Below are positions 41,711 through 55,276 of a stretch of 64,000 nucleotides of DNA, piece by piece. The stretch's first letter is position 1, and each line of letters begins with the position of its first letter. Origin of the DNA: the human T2T-CHM13v2.0 reference genome, Homo sapiens; assembly GCF_009914755.1 (NCBI RefSeq), contig NC_060929.1. One strand, given 5' to 3'. Under the pieces are notes generated by a model. It searched no databases. It had not been told where the DNA came from and saw nothing but the letters and a program-made list of their open reading frames with translations. The translations under genes and the position numbers were made by a program.

Positions 41711-44700
41711 TTAACTAAATCTTTTGATTAAATCAGCTTTATAAAAAAAGTAAACGTAAACACATAAGTCTTTGTATAAGCACCCCTACATTTTTAAAAG
41801 TATATTTGCCTTTTCATAAACTCAGTTGAGTAGTGGTAACATTCATCATCACAACTTTTTAGAGGCAATGAAATTGATGTCATTTGAGGTCTTCATCTCA
41901 TATTTATCTTTTATTTTCTTATTTTGTCATGTTTAGCAAAGGATAGTAAAAGTAGAGGATCATTCAACCCAGAAATACAGGGAAACTGATCCTTGTAAAT
42001 AGCACCCTTTATAGACTCATGGATATTTTAAGAGCAAGATGTGCTAGAAAGGAAAATAAGGCAATCTCTTAATGCTGTGCCTTTTCTTCCATTACATTTT
42101 TAGATTATATATTATCCCTTGTTTATTTCTGTAGCTGGGGAAAATATTTTTATTGAAATAGATTGTTTTTTGAAGTTTGCTATATTAGGTAAAAATAAAT
42201 ACCAAACTTCTCTGTCTTCAGTTTAATAGAAAAAAAAAATCCCTTGTTACTCTGTTTCTGCCTTACTGTTAGTAGAAAGATTTATGATTAAGTAATTTTA
42301 GTAGGACAACATTAAGAACAAAAACATGAACCAAAATACTTTTTAAAATAAATATACACATTTTTACTATATATAGACACATATATAAAAGTATATATAC
42401 ATATATGTATATATGTGACTTCAATAACAGGAAAATAGATTTTCCAGATTAACAATCTAAACATCTCATCCATAACAAAAGGTTAGGCTCTATACCAATG
42501 CTTGAATGAAAACTGTAATATCATCCATTTAAAAAAATGCCAACACATGCATAATTTTAGGCTGTAAAAATGAAAATATTTCAGAATTGATTAACAAATG
42601 GTGGAAGTTAAAGTTGTCTCTTCCCGACCTGCACTTTGTTTTCTGTCTCTTGCCTTTTCTCACATTTTATTTTTCCTTCCTATCTCAACAATATACCCCA
42701 CCTGCAGTGTGCCCAATGTGGACACATACCTGCTTTTTTCAGGCACTGTTTTGGACAACATTTCCCTACTGAGCATTAAATCACTTTTTCTTAAATACGT
42801 ACTAAAGATTTCCATGGCTGAAAAGCTAGTTCCACATACATTAATAATCCTTGAAGAATTAAATCAGATACAACCTCTACATCAGCACAATATTTCAAGG
42901 TGGTAAGGGAGTGCTACTGCTGGGTTCGTCTTCACTTAATAACTTTATTAATGATGTGGATGAGTGAACAAATATGAAAAGAAAATTTATAGGTATTACA
43001 TACGTAGATTCTGCAGAAACAAATAGGCTGGAAGGTAATGACTGTAGAATGACCTAGAGAGGTTAAAAAAAGAAAATAGTAGTCCAATATTATTCCACTT
43101 TTAAGTAAATGAGACCATTAAGCTCTTTAAAATAACCAGTAAATAAAAACTCAAAGCAATGATAGCTACATCAAAAAGTGAGGGAAGAGGGGAAATTATA
43201 TGTTGCAATGTTACAGAGTACATTAAAGCATTCAGTATATTTCCTGAAAATTTCATAAGCACAGTTCTTAATGTTTATTCATAAATAAACAAAACCAAAC
43301 CAAAAGCCATAGTTCATTTGTTTCTAACTAAGAGTACAAATTATTTATGCGGAAAAGTACATATAAGCTCACATAAATAACACGAATAATGTTTTCATTG
43401 TGAAGATATTCATAACGTTCAAATGACAAGGTCTTAGGAACTCTGCACCTTCATTAATTTTAATCAATATTTAACAATCAAGATTGTTTTCAATAAATCA
43501 TGATCTAATAATGAAAGGGGGAAACTATTTGTTTTAACTTTCATTTCAGTTTTACCCTTTACTCACAAGTTGAAATTCATTCTCACTCTTTGCAAACTAT
43601 TTTGAAACACTTCCAGGTAAAATTCATATAAATATTTTATTTTTCCTAATTTTTGGAAAAATTTTAGACTATTACAATCTGAGTTAATAGCCTAGTTCCT
43701 TTGTTGATCCAGTGTAAATAAATATTTCTCTTTTCTTGCTGTATTAAAAAACCCACAGTCTCTATAGCCAAGTCTATATCTATATCGATATCTATCTGTA
43801 TCTGTATCTATCTATGTGTATCTCTATCGATGTATGCATACACAAATAATATCTGTGGAAGAATTTTTTTTCATGTAGTGTAATATCCACAGCTCTTCTA
43901 CTTTAACCATAACTCAAGTTAATAACATTTTATTGTCTTTTGTTAGTTTTACCTGGAAAAGAAAGCACATCATATACAATATTATAAAATAGAAATAAAA
44001 CTAAATATAGTGTTTTAGAAGGTAACAAAGTTTTATGTTTAAGGATATTAAATAAAATCTATTTCTTCCAGTATATTTTTTCACAATCTGTCTTAAATGG
44101 AATCTTCAGATATCTTAACAAGTTGACTACTAGATTTTGTAGTGTATTCCAATCAGATATCTATCTGAGGCCACTCTTTTTTTTAATAATCTAGGCTTCT
44201 GTAGACAATGTGGAAACATTTTTAAAATGATGACGCCCTCCTTTTCCTTCGTAGCTAAATTAGTACACAAAATTCTAAATATTTCCTTAGTTTTAATAAT
44301 AATAAAGCAATATAAGATTCACCCTCTGTATTCAATTCTTTGTTACCAATTCTGCTATAATTAGAATTTTTGAAATTCTTAGTTATAACCTTTATTTTTG
44401 ATAATTGCATTTAAAATGCAATGATAAAGCAAATAATTAAAATGCTAGGAATAAAATTGTCCTTTATTAGTTTATCATAAAGTTCCATAAATTTCAGCTC
44501 TCCTTGATTTCTCACTATTCTAGTTCATCAATTTTGTAATTAATCATTAAACATTATTCTTTCTCTATATTAAAAATATTAGCAATTAACAAATCCCTAT
44601 TTAATATTATATTCATTGTTTTAGTTTGATGCTTTTTTTTTTTAGTGATATGTACAGAAGACAAAAAAATGATGTGCAGCCTTTGTGTTCCATTTATTGT

Positions 44701-45331
44701 TGCGTAAAATAAAATTTCATCAATCTTGGATAAAAATTCTTAGGCCTATGATTATATTTGAAGGAAACACTAACTTCTGACATGATTATTTAGAACACAC
44801 ATTTTCTTAACTTGTCTTCCATTTTAATGGAGCTATAAATAGCTTTGGCAAATTTTTCTGCTTTGCTGTTAATTTAACTCAGTAGATTTATTGAAATTTT
44901 AAGACACCACGTTACGCAAGATTTAGGGTATGTGACTACTCTTTCCTCCTGTGTGGAGGTCGACATTGCCACAGTCTAATATCATAGTTCCCCTAAGTGG
45001 TCCCCTCCCAGAAGTGAGTTGCAAGTTCCTGCTGACTTTCAGAATTATTTCTCCATGTTTATGTCATTTTGATGCAAGAGAGGTCAATACACAGGTATGT
45101 CATCAAAATAATATTTAGACTATGTCATTCCCACAAAAAACAACTTATATGCCATGTTTTACTCACTACCAAAGTCTTGTTGAATACTACTTGTTTCATT
45201 CCTCTAGCCAGGAGACAACCTGGCAGGTATACTGCCTGAGCACCAAGAAGTTATCATATAATTTGCGTTTCACTGACCTCTCTTACCTTGTCAAATTACC
45301 CACAATAATTTTGGTAAAGTTGCATCTAACT

Positions 45332-45442
45332 TGGTATGGACTAAAAATACTTGCGTCGCCCCCAAAATTTGTATGTTAAAACCCTAATTCCACTGAGATG
45401 ATATTTGGAAACAGGGCCTTTGGGAAATAATTAGGTCATGAG

Positions 45443-45493
<51 letters not shown>

Positions 45494-45674
45494 GGTCTCT
45501 CTCTCTGTCTCTTTATGAGGACATGACAAGGAATGGAGGTTTTACCTGTAACCATTGACTGGCACCTTTATCTTGGACTCTCAGCCTCCAGAACTCCGAG
45601 AAGTAAATTTCTATTGTTTAAACCAGTCAGTGTATGTTGTTTTTGTTGTTGTTATAGCAGCTTGAATTAAGACA
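45332..45674 (+). mobile_element. MLT1A-like MaLR LTR with internal (TC)n
   Basis: ccccaaaatttgtatgttaaaaccctaa..gggcctttgggaaataattaggtcatgag..ctggcaccttt.atcttggact..cagcctccagaact..taagaca. Confidence 0.85.
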
Positions 45675-45962
45675 CAATTTTCCTAAAACTTAAAAATGTC
45701 AGATTGGTGGATAAAATTGTATTTCATTGTGCTTTTTTCTTCAAGCCTTATACCTCTGACTCCAAACTCATAGTAACCAGTGTAAGACATGGTAGAATCT
45801 TTCCACTAGTGCTTGGGACACTATTTATAGTATCTACCCAATCTAATTTTAATGAAAAAGTTGAAGGTTGGTATAAAAAAATGTTTATCATCTAGGAGTT
45901 CCAGGCTCAATTCAACATACTTGTGATGGTCTCATGTAGTAGCAGTGACAGTCAACTACAAA

Positions 45963-45980
45963 TGGTGCCTGAACAGGGAC
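45963..45980 (+). promoter_or_regulatory. tRNA-Lys3 primer-binding site
   Basis: TGGTGCCTGAACAGGGAC versus TGGCGCCCGAACAGGGAC; both differences are CpG-to-TpG; 2 nt after the LTR end CA. Confidence 0.93.
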
Positions 45981-46579
45981 ATTTCAGAGACTATCAGGGA
46001 CATACAGAGACCTGAAAGGACCTGGAGGGACCTGAAGAGGCCTGCAGGGATAAACAGAGATAAGTGGAGGTAAGTACAGAAAAGTAAGTAGAGATAAGTA
46101 AGTAGAGAAAAGTAGAGATAGGTAGGGAAAGACGGGGACTTGCAGGAACTAACAGGTACCATAGGGACAGACAGAGACAGATAGGAATAGATAAAGACTA
46201 GCAATATAAGGTCAGTGCCCTGAAGAGGTACTGGTCTGTGTCCTAAAGAGGTACAAAAGTAGAGACTAGCAAAGACTAGGAGAGATTTGGAGGAACAGAC
46301 AGGGACAGATAGGGACAGATAGGGTCCTATAGGACTAGAGCGAGGAAGGTCTGCTGGAACAGAAAAAAACTAAAACCAACTAGATGAACGAGAAAGCCCA
46401 TTACAACTCTGTTGGCAGCGACATAAGGTTAGTGCTCTAAAAAGGTACCGGTCAGTGCCCTAGAGGTACAAAGAATGGGAAGTTTTTAAAACAGGGAAAC
46501 GAGGAAGAATTTGGCTATTTCTTTTCTCTTTTTTGTTTGTTTGGAGTTTTGGTATGTACCATCTTTTTGTTATTTAGAA

Positions 46580-47080
46580 TTTTTTGCCCCACCTACAGTG
46601 CCTATCGAAAATGGTGAACAGAAGAGGGAGAATGAAAATTGCCTTGTATCGTCTTCTTTGGTGGCTACAGAAAGGCTAACTTTAGCTTTGGCTTTCATGG
46701 ATTGTAAACGTGCACTGGCACCTGTGAGATGTGCAGAGGACTTGGGAGGCTTTCTCAGAGCTTGTCAAGATGTGGGAACTGAGCTTCATTGCTCTGCAGT
46801 ATTGACTCAGGCAATAGCAAATTTGGTGGCTGACAGATCTAAAAGAAGCCAAGGGTCAAGCCCTAAAGTGGGAAAGTGTCATAAGTGTAGAAAACTTGGA
46901 CGTTTCAAAAGAGAATGCCGTCAGACCTCTGTGAACAAGAGATCTTGTAACATAGTCCCCCTCTTAACAGAAAAAAAATGCCGGACTTTGCCCTCGATGC
47001 AATAAAGGAAATCATTGGGCTAATCAACACCACTCAAAATTTCATCAAAACGGCACCCCCCTGTTGGGAAGCAAGAAGGG
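46580..47080 (+). pseudogene. HML-6 gag remnant (CA C-terminus and two NC zinc knuckles)
   Basis: DCKRALAPVR..FLRACQDVG; CHKCRKLGRFKREC and, in another frame, CPRCNKGNHWANQH (decayed CX2CX4HX4C). Confidence 0.85.
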
Positions 47081-47189
47081 GGCCTGGACCCGGGCACCTC
47101 AAACTATGAGGGCGTTCCCTGTCCAGGCCACAACTCCGTTTCAGGGGTGGGTTTCCAGAGGCACATGGATTCCCTCTCCCCAGGAACAC

Positions 47190-47580
47190 CTGGAAACGCA
47201 GGATTAGATCTCCCAGAGAACCAATTACATTAAATGAAAGAAACAAACTCACTAAGATTCACATTGGTATTTGGGGATCTTTGCCAACAAGATACATGGG
47301 ATTGATTTTGGTAAAAGCTGTCTTAACTTACAGGCCCAGGAGTTGTTGATTTTGATTGTGAAGGAGAAATTCAGGTAGTGGTAATGTCACAAGATCTTTG
47401 GGTTTTTGAACTGGGAGAATATGTTGCTCAATTTTCGCTTCTTCCCTGTAAATTGTACCCTTCTCCACATAAGAAGAAGCGAGGTGGTCAGGGATTTGGA
47501 AGTGCAACTAGGAGAGAGATTTATCTATCACCACCCATAGCATCTAGTGGACCCACCTGTACAGTGCAAATTGAAGGTTT
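47190..47580 (+). pseudogene. dUTPase and protease-start remnant
   Basis: PGVVDFDCEGEIQV (motif 3), VAQFSLLP (motif 4), RGGQGFGS (motif 5), then PTCTVQIEG. Confidence 0.88.
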
Positions 47581-48012
47581 AAGGATTGCTTTTTGCTATA
47601 CTGTTTTACGAGAAGGATAAGCCTCGATTTGCTTTCTCTGTGCCGTGTGTTAATCAGAAAGAGCCTGCTTCTTGTTCTCAGTGGAAAGTTTTACCCCACG
47701 GCAATTAACCAAAGAGGCAGAAGCTGAGTTACAAATGTTTCAGCAATGGCGTGCCTCCCGGCTACAGCAAAAAAAATAAAAAATAAATAAAAAAGAAAAC
47801 ACTTTTGATTCTGTTTGGTAGATTTACTAACGTGGGGACGAGGGTATACTTACGTCTTTGCAGAAGATGAACAAACCGAGTGGGTGCTCCCAAGGTGTGT
47901 ACGACCGTTGAACAGGAGACTGGAGGGACCCATGGATCCCAACCATGGACCTTGTTCCCCCGGTATGAACCATGAACCAGTTGAATCTGAATGCAAAGAT
48001 GGAATGAGGACC
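47579..48012 (+). pseudogene. Stitched pol fragments (RT, RT-thumb, IN C-terminus) and env/Rec-like leader
   Basis: KDKPRFAFSVPCVNQKEPASCSQWKVLPHG; QLTKEAEAELQ; DLLTWGRGYTYVF..WVLPRCVRP..HEPVESECKDG. Confidence 0.85.
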
Positions 48013-48865
48013 ACTAGAAGCAGGGAGCTCTCTTCTTCCCCATGCTAGCCTTTCCTTAAAACAGTTTCTTTTGTTTTTTGTTACCATTTCTATGTTCGTC
48101 TCTTCATTCAGTCTAGTAATGACGGTCTCAAGTAGTAACCGTGGCAGTCAGCCACACTTAAATCTTAATGCTTTTGAATTCTAGAAGGAACTCAAAAAGA
48201 GACAAACAAGTCAGTCATAGTAGTAATACATGGAGAATGAATTGTGAAATCTAAGAGACTGAATATCATGTCAAGCATAAGCTTTTTCAAAGCAATTAAA
48301 CTGGGCTTTTAATGACATTACTTAGACTTTCCAGACAAAATGTGTAACAATACAGCTAATTTTAATAAAATGACTTTGAAATCCCCAAACTCAAATATAA
48401 TCTCATGAAGTAATTGTTTGTGATAACACCTTAATATGTTTTATACCATCATTATGAAAAACAGTGCAAGAGAAAGGAGAAAAAATTCTTTATTGTGAGT
48501 TAAAAACTTTGAAACCTAAGTCAATCATTTTTATTGTTTCAAGAAATATTTCCCCACGGCTACTTTAGTAGCAAAATCAAAGTCAGGAGCCCAGGCTTCT
48601 GTAAACAAAGTTTAATTGTATCCCCTCCCCCTTTCTTCTCTGTCTCATAATTTTCTCAGTACTTTTTAAGGGGCGAGAGGCATCCCCATGAATGACGCTG
48701 TTATAGGTTCTAAGGCAGAGGATGTGATGATGATGATCTTTGGGAAACGGTGAGGTGAATGTTGTCCACGAAGCTGCTTTCTAGTAGGGTGTCTGTGGGA
48801 AACTATACCCTTTCTGTGGGGTCTTCTGAATGTAGCTAATACTATTTTTGTTTGGGCTGGAAGTT

Positions 48866-49631
48866 TTTTATTATTATTGTTTTTACACTTCAAGTTCTAG
48901 AGTACATGTGCATAACGTGCAGGTTTGTTACATATGTATATATGTGCCGTGTTGGTTTGCTGCACCCATTAACTCATCATTTACATTAGGTATTTCCTCT
49001 AATGCTATCCCTCCCCCATCCCTCCACCCTACGACAGGCCCCTGTGTGTGATGTTCCCCGCCCTGTGTCCAAGTGTTCTCATTGTTCAATTCCCACCTGT
49101 GAGTGAGAACATGCGGTGTTTGGTTTTCTGTCCTTGTGATATTTTGCTGAGAATGCTGGTTTCCAGCTTCATCCAAGTCACTACAAAGGACATGAGCTCA
49201 TCCTTTTTTATGGCTGCATAGTATTCCGTGGTATATATGTGCCAGATTTTCTTAATCCAGGCTATCGTTGATGGACATTTGGGTTGGTTCCAAGTCTTTG
49301 CTATTGTGAATAGTGCCTCAATAAACATATATGTGCATGTGTCTTTATAGTAGCATGATTTATAATCCTTTGGGTATATACCCAGTAATGGGATGGCTGG
49401 GTCAAATGGTATTTCTAGTTCTAGATCCTTGAGGAATCGTCACACTGTCTTCCACAATGTTTGAACTAGTTTACACTCCCACCAACAGTGTAAAAGTGTT
49501 CCTCTTTCTCCACATCCTCTCCAGCACCTGTTGTTTCCTGACTTTTTAATGATCGCCATTCTAACTGGTGTGAGATGCTATCTCATTGTAGTTTTGATTT
49601 GCATTTCTCTGATGACCAGAGATGATGAGCA
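48866..49631 (-). mobile_element. 5'-truncated L1PA5-like 3' end
   Basis: Antisense L1 3'UTR/ORF2 end (catttacattaggtatttctcctaatgc-like, cacccattaactc; FIEALFTIAKTWNQPKCPS). Confidence 0.9.
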
Positions 49632-50802
49632 CTGTTAAGTTCTATCCTCTCCATATGTCCATGGGGCTGTTGGAAATATTCTTTTTCTGGGCTTCATGCT
49701 GTGCCCAGAGCATTTCCTTTTTCCTTCTCCTTGTTAAGGCAAGGATGCATCTGTTTTCATAAGGTTTGTGATAAAACAACACTCAAGTTTTGCAAGTTAC
49801 ATGATTGTCATCATCATCGCACTAATTTTTTGTGAAATATGCATTTTAATTACTTCCAAGAGGGTTTATTTCTAATGAAAAAAATTAAACAATAAATAAT
49901 TTTAGACTTACCCCATGCAAGAAATGACAAATTCACTGAAGCAAACATGTTTAGGCTACACTGTATACAATCTACAAATTGCCTGCTCAGTCTCAGTTTC
50001 TTGCATATATTTCTCATACATCTAAATGTTAATTTCCACACTTCTGTCTCTCTGAATCCCTGGCAAATGGCAATGGCTAGTGACTTTGCATTCACCTATC
50101 AGAAAAACATGAATCCGGACACACTTCCGGGAGCGTGGGACGTGGTAGGAGTTTACTGGATAATAGGAACTGATATGTTATTTTGAGAGTGCTAAAATTC
50201 TCCCAGTGAATGTAACTTTGCCTATATTTTATATAACTTATTGGTTTTGGTTTGATAATTAAAAATATCAAAATTATCCTGGGGCAGGAGCCAAGGATGG
50301 TATTATACAGTGAGAAGTGAGTCCCACATGTCAGTCTTGTCATTTTCTTCCTCAGATAAAGTGCAGAATTTTGTCATCAGTAATATGAAAGAGAGATTTT
50401 ACAGAAAAATTGCCAATTTTTGTCCATGAAGATGAGGGCAATATGCTAAGTATCAACGGACTAAAAGATGGCATATATTTTTTAGTGGGACATCCATGCA
50501 AGACTGCATTTCTTACCTGTTGACTATTACAGTAAATAGAAAATAATTATTTTAATTAAGCGACTACAATTTAGGGCATTTGTTGTAGAGATTTACAAAT
50601 GTTTCACATTGCTTGACTTCAGGGGGCGCCATTTTTACATCATCCATTTCTAATAGCATGGCCAAGAGTATACTCCAAGTAACAAATGAGGTATAGCATA
50701 TGAGACAAAGTAGAAACACTTAAAGGGTTAAAGAAATTTTCACCCGTATCTCTATGATGCAAAGTAAAGCAAAAGACAAAGAAACAAGCAAAAAAGAACA
50801 AG

Positions 50803-51067
50803 TGGTCGCCAAGCTGGACTGCAGTGATAAAACCATGGCTCACTGCAAACTCCGCTTTCTGAGCTCAAGCAATCCTCCCACCTCAGCCTCATGAGTAGCT
50901 GGGACTACAGGTGCCCACCACCACTCCTGGCTAATTTTTGGGTTTTTAGTAGAGACAGATTTTTGCCACATTGGCCGGGTGGGTCCCAAACTCCTGAGCT
51001 CAAGCAATCCACCCACTTCGGCCTCCCAAAGTGTTGAGATTACAGGCATAAGCCACCACACCCGGCC
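50803..51067 (-). mobile_element. AluJ (Jb-like), tail missing
   Basis: ctcctgagctcaagcaatcc in both arms; ends cacacccggcc. Confidence 0.85.
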
Positions 51068-51564
51068 GCTGCATTTTTTTTTAATGGGAAATAACAAGCA
51101 TATTCATTACATATAAAATGATATATTTAGAAATTTTGTAGGCTTTATAAATTCTGTTGGATAATGGAAAATTTTTTATTGTATTTTTTGTGTATGAGAA
51201 CATAATGTTATAAAGTAAAATGTACATAGAGGGAAATGGGATTGTGAGGATAGTAACCATAGGTGAGGAGATGGATGAAAGAAAGGTCTTACACTGCTGT
51301 AAGGAGCTGTTACTATATCTTCTTCATATTTTTATAAAACATATCTTATTAGAAGACTTAAGTTACTTATTTTTTTCTTGTATGTATATATTCACCTCCA
51401 TTTTGAAGGCTATTAGTCTGGGAAACCTACAAGAACATTGCCGTAGGGAAGCTCAAGTATGTTAACAACAACAAAAATAGTTCTGTGAATGCCTTTACAT
51501 AATATAAGGTCTACATATTCTCTCTAGATCTGTGCGCCGTAAGACTGGATTTTGAAAAGCTGAG

Positions 51565-51925
51565 GCATAGACTGATAGCTCTTTACCACACTTGTTTTTT
51601 CTTCTTTCTGGATACATAGCTTGGCTATATTTCCATGCAACTGTGTCCCGGTTAATGTGTACCACTTTTAGAGGGTGGTACATATAAATGTTTCTTCCAG
51701 TTCTTTCAACATGTGTCATTTGAAAAAGGAGAACTCTGAAGCCCTCTAGGAAGTTGGAGCTACAATACTGGAGGCCAGTTTCCTGAATTACTCCCTGGTA
51801 AAAGCCACCCAGACAAGAAATGCCTTTATTTGAATGTTATTAATGAGAAACACATTTTAAACTTTCAGCCACTTTAACTTTGAGGATTGTTTGTTAAAAC
51901 AGCTGGTGTTACCCAAACTGTTATA
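51565..51925 (+). mobile_element. MLT1H/I-like MaLR LTR remnant
   Basis: actctgaagccct..ggagctacaa..ggaggcc..cctgaattac..atgagaaa..agccact..ggattgtttgttaaaacagct. Confidence 0.6.
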
Positions 51926-53135
51926 GGAGTCTACTAAATATCATTTCATTTTTTTCCCTTCTCAAACTCAGAATGAATTGGGAGATAGCCGTGGGCATTA
52001 AAACTGTTTCAAGAAGTGCAACTTAGCGTTCAGGGCTGACCTCATGAGCTTCCAGAGACATCAGAGTAAGTGACCCTTATTCTAGTTTCGAAGCTCTGTT
52101 CTAGTTCTAAGCATGCAAATAAATTTTAAGCAGGATTTCTTAGCCTGCAGGAGCTGAGGATGATTAATAAGTCCTGCTGTTATGCATAAATGCACTGACC
52201 TATACTGTGCCCTTCAGTCAAATTGTATATTGTTTAATCGTGATAAATGAAGTGCACCAGGCACAGATAAGCTAGTCCCTGGAGTATGTCCAGATACACC
52301 TGAAAGAAGAATGACTCAAGCTGGGTGTGTAAAGCTACACTTTGGAGGATAGAGCTTCCCACAGGTGCAATGGAACTCTCACTTCTCACTTGCTCAGAAA
52401 TTATGATCTGCAGTGTGAGTCTCCCCTGGTAAGGAAACGTGTCCAGCTCCTTGAAACATGTTCTAGAGAACAGCATTCATTACCCTCCCATGAACTTAAA
52501 CATGCTTCTTGGCTCCTGTGCATTTTAGGTAAGTAAGCTTTGATTTCCCCAGGTGGTGTCGGTGTCTAGTCTTTTCATAAACTTGCACTTACTATTAACA
52601 TGGAGAGGACATCCACAGGCCGAGATACATTGCCATGTCTTGCATTAAAAGCAAATGAACCTGAAGTTTTTTTGTAAACAACTTACGAAGTTTCATTTGA
52701 TTTGATTTGATTTTTAATAATTCCCTGAATTGCTGTGATAATTAGAGTAGTGAATTCATTTCTGGTATGTTTTAAAAGTAATTCAAGGAAAATAATTTTG
52801 CAGAATCCTGATTTAGATAATATGAAGAGTGAATAGGAAAATGATGAAATTGTTGCTGCTTTTTACAGAGGCTTAGAATCATGGAAATCATTTGCTTTCA
52901 GGTATAAAAGGGAATAATTTCATTTTCTACTTTTTACTTTAAATTTCTGTTATCTATGTCTACATGCTTCTGTCCATTTCTTCATAGTTTGTTTTTTAAA
53001 TAATATGCTTCTACCATTCTCTGAAAGCTATTTTAATTTTTCAGCTTGAATATAAATTGGTTGATACTGGCTGCAAATTATTTTTGGTATTCTAATTTGT
53101 CTATTTTTCTTTTTCTTGAAATGGAATAAATAAGC

Positions 53136-53137
<2 letters not shown>

Positions 53138-53183
<46 letters not shown>
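53138..53183 (+). repeat. (CA)23 microsatellite
   Basis: Read directly. Confidence 0.97.
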
Positions 53184-53186
<3 letters not shown>

Positions 53187-54542
53187 CCTAAACAAACAAA
53201 AAAAATCACACAGCACCAGCAAACTACTAGGATTTACTGTAGGATAAAAGCTCTACATGGCCCTGCATACAAACTTTCTGCATACTTCTGCAAATTTTTA
53301 TGCATTACTCAATCCATTAAAAATCACCTTGGAAGAAATTGCAAACACAATAGAAACTAAATGAGATAGTCACAGAGAACAACAAAAATAGTAATTTAAG
53401 CTCCCATACAACATCAAGTGTGTTCAGTCTATTTTTGGTTCTTCGGGTTCTCTTTAAAATTGAATTGAGTTTGTATATGCATATGTATGTAGGAGTGGAG
53501 GATGGAATTAATTATCCCAAACATCCTACACTCACTCCTCTAATATTTCTTTTGTTAACATGCAAATCTGTTCTCTTCATTACGGTGATACTGCATTTAC
53601 ATTACAACACAATTAGAGATCATTAACTTTCTCCTTTATAATCAGCCATTTTCACAGGCCTTTGATATACAAGCACCTATAATATATTCTTACTCATCTC
53701 ACACTTTCATTTACCAAAGTGTCAAAACAACATTTTTACATCATTGATATTTGTTTTAGTTTCTGCAAGCTGGCTGTTAGAAGATGATTACTTCTCTTAA
53801 ATTACCTCTTACCCTCATCTTGCTATCTTTTTAAAAGGAAAGAAAAAGCACTATAAAAATCAGACACTTTGGGTTCTGAACCTTTTATTTTGTGTGAAAA
53901 GATACTTATTTATGTATGCTAAATCACACTGATGCGGAAGACAAACTGGCTCTTCGTTATTTTTTTTTGGCACTTTATAGAGGAAATGTGTGGAGAACAG
54001 ATCTTTCCTAAGGTATTATATTCATGTGCCTTAAAGATTAAGAATACTCAATGCGCCAAGAAGTGCTATATACCAGAAAAGTTTGTATCAATTAATGTAT
54101 CTAAATTAAGTTAAAGTTTCTTTCAATTTAATGTGCTTGCAGATGTAAAATTGCATGTTTAAGTTTTGCAGTTATGTACTAAATCTGGTGCTACACTTCT
54201 AATGTCTAAAGGTTTTATTCAATTTCAATTTATTTGTTTTATAGTTTGCCAGAATGTGCTTATGAAAGGCACTCTCAGTCATAAAAATAAAATTATAAGC
54301 AGACTGGCACATAACTATTTTTTTAAATAATAAACTTTCTGATTTTAGAGACTTGTATTCTTTTATAGGTCCTGGTTCTCTTTCACGCTCTGACCTATAA
54401 GAACCCATACAGCATGCATTGCTGTGTATGGAAAAGCAGTAAAGGGAAGTACAGCCACCTTTTAGGTCCCATGAATAGCAAAATCTCTTTGACTAATCTC
54501 TTGTTTCAGGGTATGTCCACTCCTTGTTTAAAGAATGTAACT

Positions 54543-54843
54543 GGCTGGGCTTGGTGGCTCACTCCTGTAATCCCAGCACTTTGGGAAGCCAAGGTGGACA
54601 GATTACAAGGTCAGGAGTTTAAGACCAGCCTGGCCAATATGGTGAAACCCCATCTCTACTAAAAATACAAAAATTAGTCGGCCGTGATGGTGGGTGCCTG
54701 TAGTCTCAGCTACTCAGGAGGCTGACTCAGGAGAATTGCTTGAACCCAGGAGGCAGAGGTTGCAGTGAGCCAAGATTGTGCCACTGCACTCCAGCCTAGG
54801 GGACAGAGTGAGACTCCATCTCAAAAAAAAAAAAAAAAAAAAA
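54543..54843 (+). mobile_element. AluSg-like
   Basis: Dimer with gattacaaggtcaggag; TSD AATGTAAC. Confidence 0.9.
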
Positions 54844-55276
54844 TGTAACCACACTCAATAGTCACTAGCACATTGTTTTGAATAGACTATATACTGAAAG
54901 ATATCTGCTGGATATAGAATGACCTCAGGAAAAAGTCTAGACACTATAATCCATCTCACTTGCCAGCATTTAGCGACCTTTCAGCTTCATTACTGACTTT
55001 CAGCCAGTGTCCCTTAGGTGAGTGACTTGAGTCCTCTTTCATAATATTTGGCAGGAGAAAAGATGAGGTCATTGCTCCATCAATCCCGTCATGTCATGTC
55101 TGCTCATGTGTCATAGCTTATAAATAGTTACATGGTTCTGTCCAAGTGCAAGGGGGGCATTGCAGGTAGAGGTCTGTCTCCATGCGCCTTGAAAAGAAAA
55201 TAACCAAATATCAGGGGAAAACAATAATATGAGCCATAGTGCCTGATATATACTATGACATCATAGAGATTTAATG

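Larger units (their letters stand above)
45922..48156 (+). mobile_element. Heavily deleted HML-6 (HERVK3/LTR3-like) betaretroviral provirus
   Basis: U5 remnant, tRNA-Lys3 PBS, purine-rich repeated leader, gag CA/NC, dUTPase/pro, RT, IN C-terminus and env leader, then a partial 3' LTR ending gtggcagtcagccaca. Confidence 0.85.

Noticed and set aside
45916-45925. TSD for the HML-6 element
   Set aside because: The left flank (catact) does not match the right flank (cttaaa); the 5' end appears deleted.
51655-51685. Imperfect 11-bp stem ATGTGTACCAC..GTGGTACATAT
   Set aside because: Short, imperfect and inside an MLT1 remnant.
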